Below are positions 59,795 to 64,000 of a stretch of 64,000 nt of DNA, piece after piece (position 1 is the first letter of the stretch; each line of letters begins with the position of its first letter). Under the pieces are notes generated by a model. It ran no database searches and was not told where the DNA came from. It worked only from the letters and a program-made list of their open reading frames with translations. Origin of the DNA: Eledone cirrhosa (lineage: Eukaryota); the NCBI GenBank assembly GCA_964016885.1, contig OZ024742.1, positions 250,604,001 through 250,668,000 on the forward strand, in the 5' to 3' direction. Both the position numbers and the translations under genes were made by a program.

Positions 59795-59832
59795 CGAGAA
59801 CAATTGTTTCACCTTAGCGGATCCTCAGCTCG
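59795..59832 (-). ncRNA. Minimal type-I hammerhead ribozyme
   Basis: CGAG-CTGAGGA-TCC GCTAA GGT-GAAA-CAATTG-TT-CTCG. Confidence 0.7.
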
Positions 59833-59931
59833 TAAAGGACATGGTTATAACTGTTGTGTAACCACTTCTACCTAACCCGCCCCATGGACTGAGTGCTCTA
59901 CCACTACGGATATTACCTCCCAGTGTTCTAC

Positions 59932-59982
<51 letters not shown>

Positions 59983-59983
<1 letters not shown>

Positions 59984-60712
59984 TAAATCATGTCCTTAGA
60001 ATTATTAGATAAAATATATACCATTTCCTCTCCCAATTAGCATAATTAACCATATAAAAAATTCAATTAGACCAGGCTATAATAATAAAGGCTCCTGTGA
60101 AGAAATTTTCGACAAATAACCGAAAGCGGCCTCTTCGCGGTGACCCCAATAGAGTATTTATCCAACATTACAACAGCATGTAGAAACTGACTTAATATAC
60201 CCTCAACCATACACAATTAGGTGTAAATTTAAACTTAGAAGAAACGTGTACATACCGTAATTATATCTCTACCATGGTTTCGTCCGTATTTTAAGACATC
60301 CTATTATTAGGATATATCCAGAGTAACAGACACATCAGGAGAAAACTCAAGATTGGACAGTTAATTTTCCAAAGCGATCGCTCCAAAAATAGATTCAAAA
60401 ATGGCTAAGAATCGTGACGTGGCAGTGGTCAAGTTAGAAAGAATGTGATTAGTTGCTTACGGCGGGTAGGCTTGTTGCTAGAAAGCGCAGCCCAATATCG
60501 CCCAATTGTATCTCAACCTAACGGGAGATTATTAAATATAAAGATTTACATATACATAAAGTCATAGATATATATGTGGCAACGGTCACGTTGTGGCTCA
60601 ATGAAGAATTAATAAATTAAATAATCAGAGCAATATATTATAAATCATGTCCTTAGAATTATTAGATAAAATATATACCATTTCCTCTCCCAATTAGCAT
60701 AATTAACCATAA
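59983..60712. repeat. Segment bounded by about 70-bp direct repeats
   Basis: ATAAATCATGTCCTTAGAATT...AATTAACCATA at about 59983-60053 and 60640-60711. Confidence 0.8.
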
Positions 60713-60794
60713 GGCTTGCTGAATACACAAGCCGAAAGGGCTTGGCACCGCAGTAGGGATTTTACATCTCTCTCTCCCTCTCTATATATATATG

Positions 60795-60992
60795 AAAATG
60801 TTTACCCCGACGGCAGAGCTCAAGCCGCTTCGACGGCTATTTCTGGACTTATACTATGTCCAGAAATAGCTGCGAAACGGCTTGAGCTCTGTCGTCGGGG
60901 TTAACCATTTTCCTATTACCCACTCTACTACCCTAAGTATTGAGTACTCTGGTGCGTTATGATCCATCTGGTTCCTTACCACACCTCCTTCG

Positions 60993-60995
<3 letters not shown>
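60795..60995 (+). mobile_element. Small terminal fold-back element, third copy
   Basis: Hairpin about 60804-60901 plus tail as in 22352-22550. Confidence 0.75.
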
Positions 60996-61032
<37 letters not shown>

Positions 61033-61135
61033 ATATATACACATATATACACATACATATATACATACATATATACATACATATATACATATATATACAT
61101 ACATACATATATATACATACATACATACATATACA

Positions 61136-61171
<36 letters not shown>

Positions 61172-61588
61172 TACATACATACATATATATATATATACAT
61201 ACATACATATATATATATATACATACATACATATATATATATATATACATACATATATATATATATATATACATACATATATATATATATATATACATAC
61301 ATATATATATATATACATACATATATATATATATATATACATACATATATATATATATACATACATACATATATATACATACATACATATATATACATAC
61401 ATACATATATATACATACATACATATATATACATACATACATATATATACATACATACATATATATACATACATACATACATATATATATATACATACAT
61501 ATATATATATATACATATATATACATATATATATATATACATATATATACATATATATATATATACATATATATACATATATATATAT

Positions 61589-61619
<31 letters not shown>

Positions 61620-61895
61620 CATACATACATATATATATACATACATAGATATACATACATACATATATACACATACATACATACACATACATACATACAT
61701 ATATACATAGATATATATACATACATAGATATATATACATACATACATATATACACATACATACATACACATACATACATACATACATATATACATAGAT
61801 ATATATACATACATAGATATATATACATACATACATATATATACATACATAAATATATACATACATATATATATACATACATATATATTGTATAT
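60994..61895. repeat. (TACA)/(TA) compound microsatellite
   Basis: Direct inspection. Confidence 0.95.
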
Positions 61896-61989
61896 ATGTT
61901 GTATGTGAGGAGTTGATCTCAATAAATAAAGCAGAGTATACATATTTTTTTAAATAGCAAACCCGACATCATACATGAAAACACACGCC

Positions 61990-62154
<165 letters not shown>

Positions 62155-62619
62155 ATATACACGCGTACACCATTCATACACGTGTCAATGTGTATGAGGG
62201 AAAACGATTAAATAAATCACTAAAATCGCATTTCAACTATCTTGTACCCATATCACGCCACCCTTTTATCTGCACCTTCCACATAACACCACAGGACCAA
62301 CCTCTCCACACCTCACCACACTCATCAACCACCTTCCCTCCACACCCCATCCCAGCCCGGCCCTCCCTCCCTCCGCAACACAATGGTGTAAAACTGTCTC
62401 AGACAGATGAAGTACTGACCGCAGCTGGAACCTTCCCCTTTCATTCACCCACTCTAACCTGTGATAAGGTGAGGGTAGGAGAGTATCAGGGATAGTCGGG
62501 CTGTGAAGGGGATGATGGGCATCTGCAATAACAAGGATCAAAATGATGATGACGATTGTGGTGATGATGGTGGTGACGATGGTGTTGTTTGGCCCTAGGT
62601 CAACCTTCATAGAACTGAC

Positions 62620-63200
62620 GTATGATCAATGACATTTCAGCTATAACCATCCCGTCTAAGAATCATACTGCATCTATTAACGCATTATCCAATATTTCTT
62701 CCCCGATTCACGGGGATAGGTGGTCATCCAGTCTCAACGAGATCATTAAGCATAGTTTGGATGTTGCTGACGTCCTAGCGCAGTTTGAACCGATGGGATT
62801 AGACCGAGGGGACGGCAAAGGCCAGTTTACATCACAATATTCCCATTCCACGGTGGTAAACCACTCATCTGAGAGCAACATGCAGCGATACGTTTTCCAA
62901 CAGTAACCTGGTGAATAAAGCAACAGACCCAGATTTCGTTGCACAACAAGCTGAAAATCGCAAGCTGTTTTATTATTGGCCGCTTCTGATAGGTTTGTCG
63001 CTGGACCTATAGCGATAGGGACCTCTGGCGTTCTTGGTTCTTGATCCGCTTCCCTACCCACTGCTATAGAGATACAGTTGACCACCCGCGAGAGTGAGCC
63101 CCGCGAGTTGAAACGACTATTTCAACGCGTCTCACTCTCTATCCTCCAGGGAAAGGTTTTCTCTGTTCTGTCCGCTGGGAACATAAGTCAGCATGCACCT
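62620..63200 (+). pseudogene. CRE-like non-LTR retrotransposon, 3' (RLE) fragment
   Basis: LNEIIKHSL...EPMGLDRGDGK, GTSGVLG and EPRELKRLFQRVSLSILQG. Confidence 0.75.
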
Positions 63201-63734
63201 CGGATTCTGCACACCAGAGAGTGTTTGCCCACATTGTCCATGCATATATCATTGAGGTAGCAATAGCGGTAGTCTATGCACTATTTTTGCATTATTTGTA
63301 TAATTGTTATTGCCTTTGAATACAAATTGTAAAAAATAAAATGATACAATTTTAAGACACAATTTTTTTAACAACAGGTCTGTCATAGAAAAGTGGTTTG
63401 TAACCATTGACTTAGTGCAAGATGAGGAGGTCCAAGTTTGGCGACCTCCTCACGGTGGTCCCTTATGGATCAGCCGAACGACAAAAGCCTGAGACCAACT
63501 CATACGCAAGAAGTACAAGATCACACATTTTGGGACGATGGATTCACTTAAGCCCACTATTTGACTAATATCTTATTTCATCGACCCAAGTAAGATTTGA
63601 ACTTGGAACATAACGGAACAAGACAATATATTTTGTCTTCTACTTTACCAACTATGCCACTGACTGGTCTTCAAATGATATACATACCCAATACACATAG
63701 AGATGCACTAGGTTGTGCAATGAAAGTACACAAT

Positions 63735-64000
63735 TGCCACCACCACCACCACTACATCAGCACAACCACTACACGACATGTACTACAAACACTGCATGAC
63801 ATCACCACTACACATGTACTAGTACCACTATACCACATTACCACTACCCCAGCACTACCACCACTACTTCACATCACCACTACCCAACCGCCGCCACCAC
63901 CCGACATGCACTACCACCACCACCACCACCCGACATGCACTACCACCACCACCACCCGACATGTACCACCACCACCACCACCCGACATGTACCACCACCA
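63735..64000. repeat. (CAC)n-rich repeat with CCCGACATG(C/T)AC units
   Basis: Direct inspection; runs off the window. Confidence 0.8.

Overview
Eukaryotic, repeat-saturated, apparently non-genic (intergenic or intronic) DNA. The SINE families and extreme microsatellite load suggest a coleoid cephalopod such as an octopus (inference, no search run). No intact protein-coding gene is supportable. The long ORFs in the track are microsatellite translations, and the few recognisable ones are decayed retroelement fragments: Penelope-like (PLE) RT, several RTE LINEs, an R4/Dong-like element and CRE-like 3' ends. The window also holds many tRNA-derived SINEs, non-autonomous Helitron-like elements, hAT- and piggyBac-like MITEs, large mini/microsatellites and one 200-N gap. 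The main unexplained structure is a set of at least 8 sequence-distinct small elements, nearly all embedded in (TA)n tracts. They carry minimal type-I hammerhead ribozyme (HHR) motifs (CUGANGA or the U3-A8 variant UUGANAA, stem II, GAAA, palindromic stem III, UH, stem I). Many lie in long fold-back palindromes, sometimes with an HHR on each strand, and several share a short ACTC...TYGAGTRC tail motif. All motifs were read by eye. Boundaries of degenerate elements are approximate.
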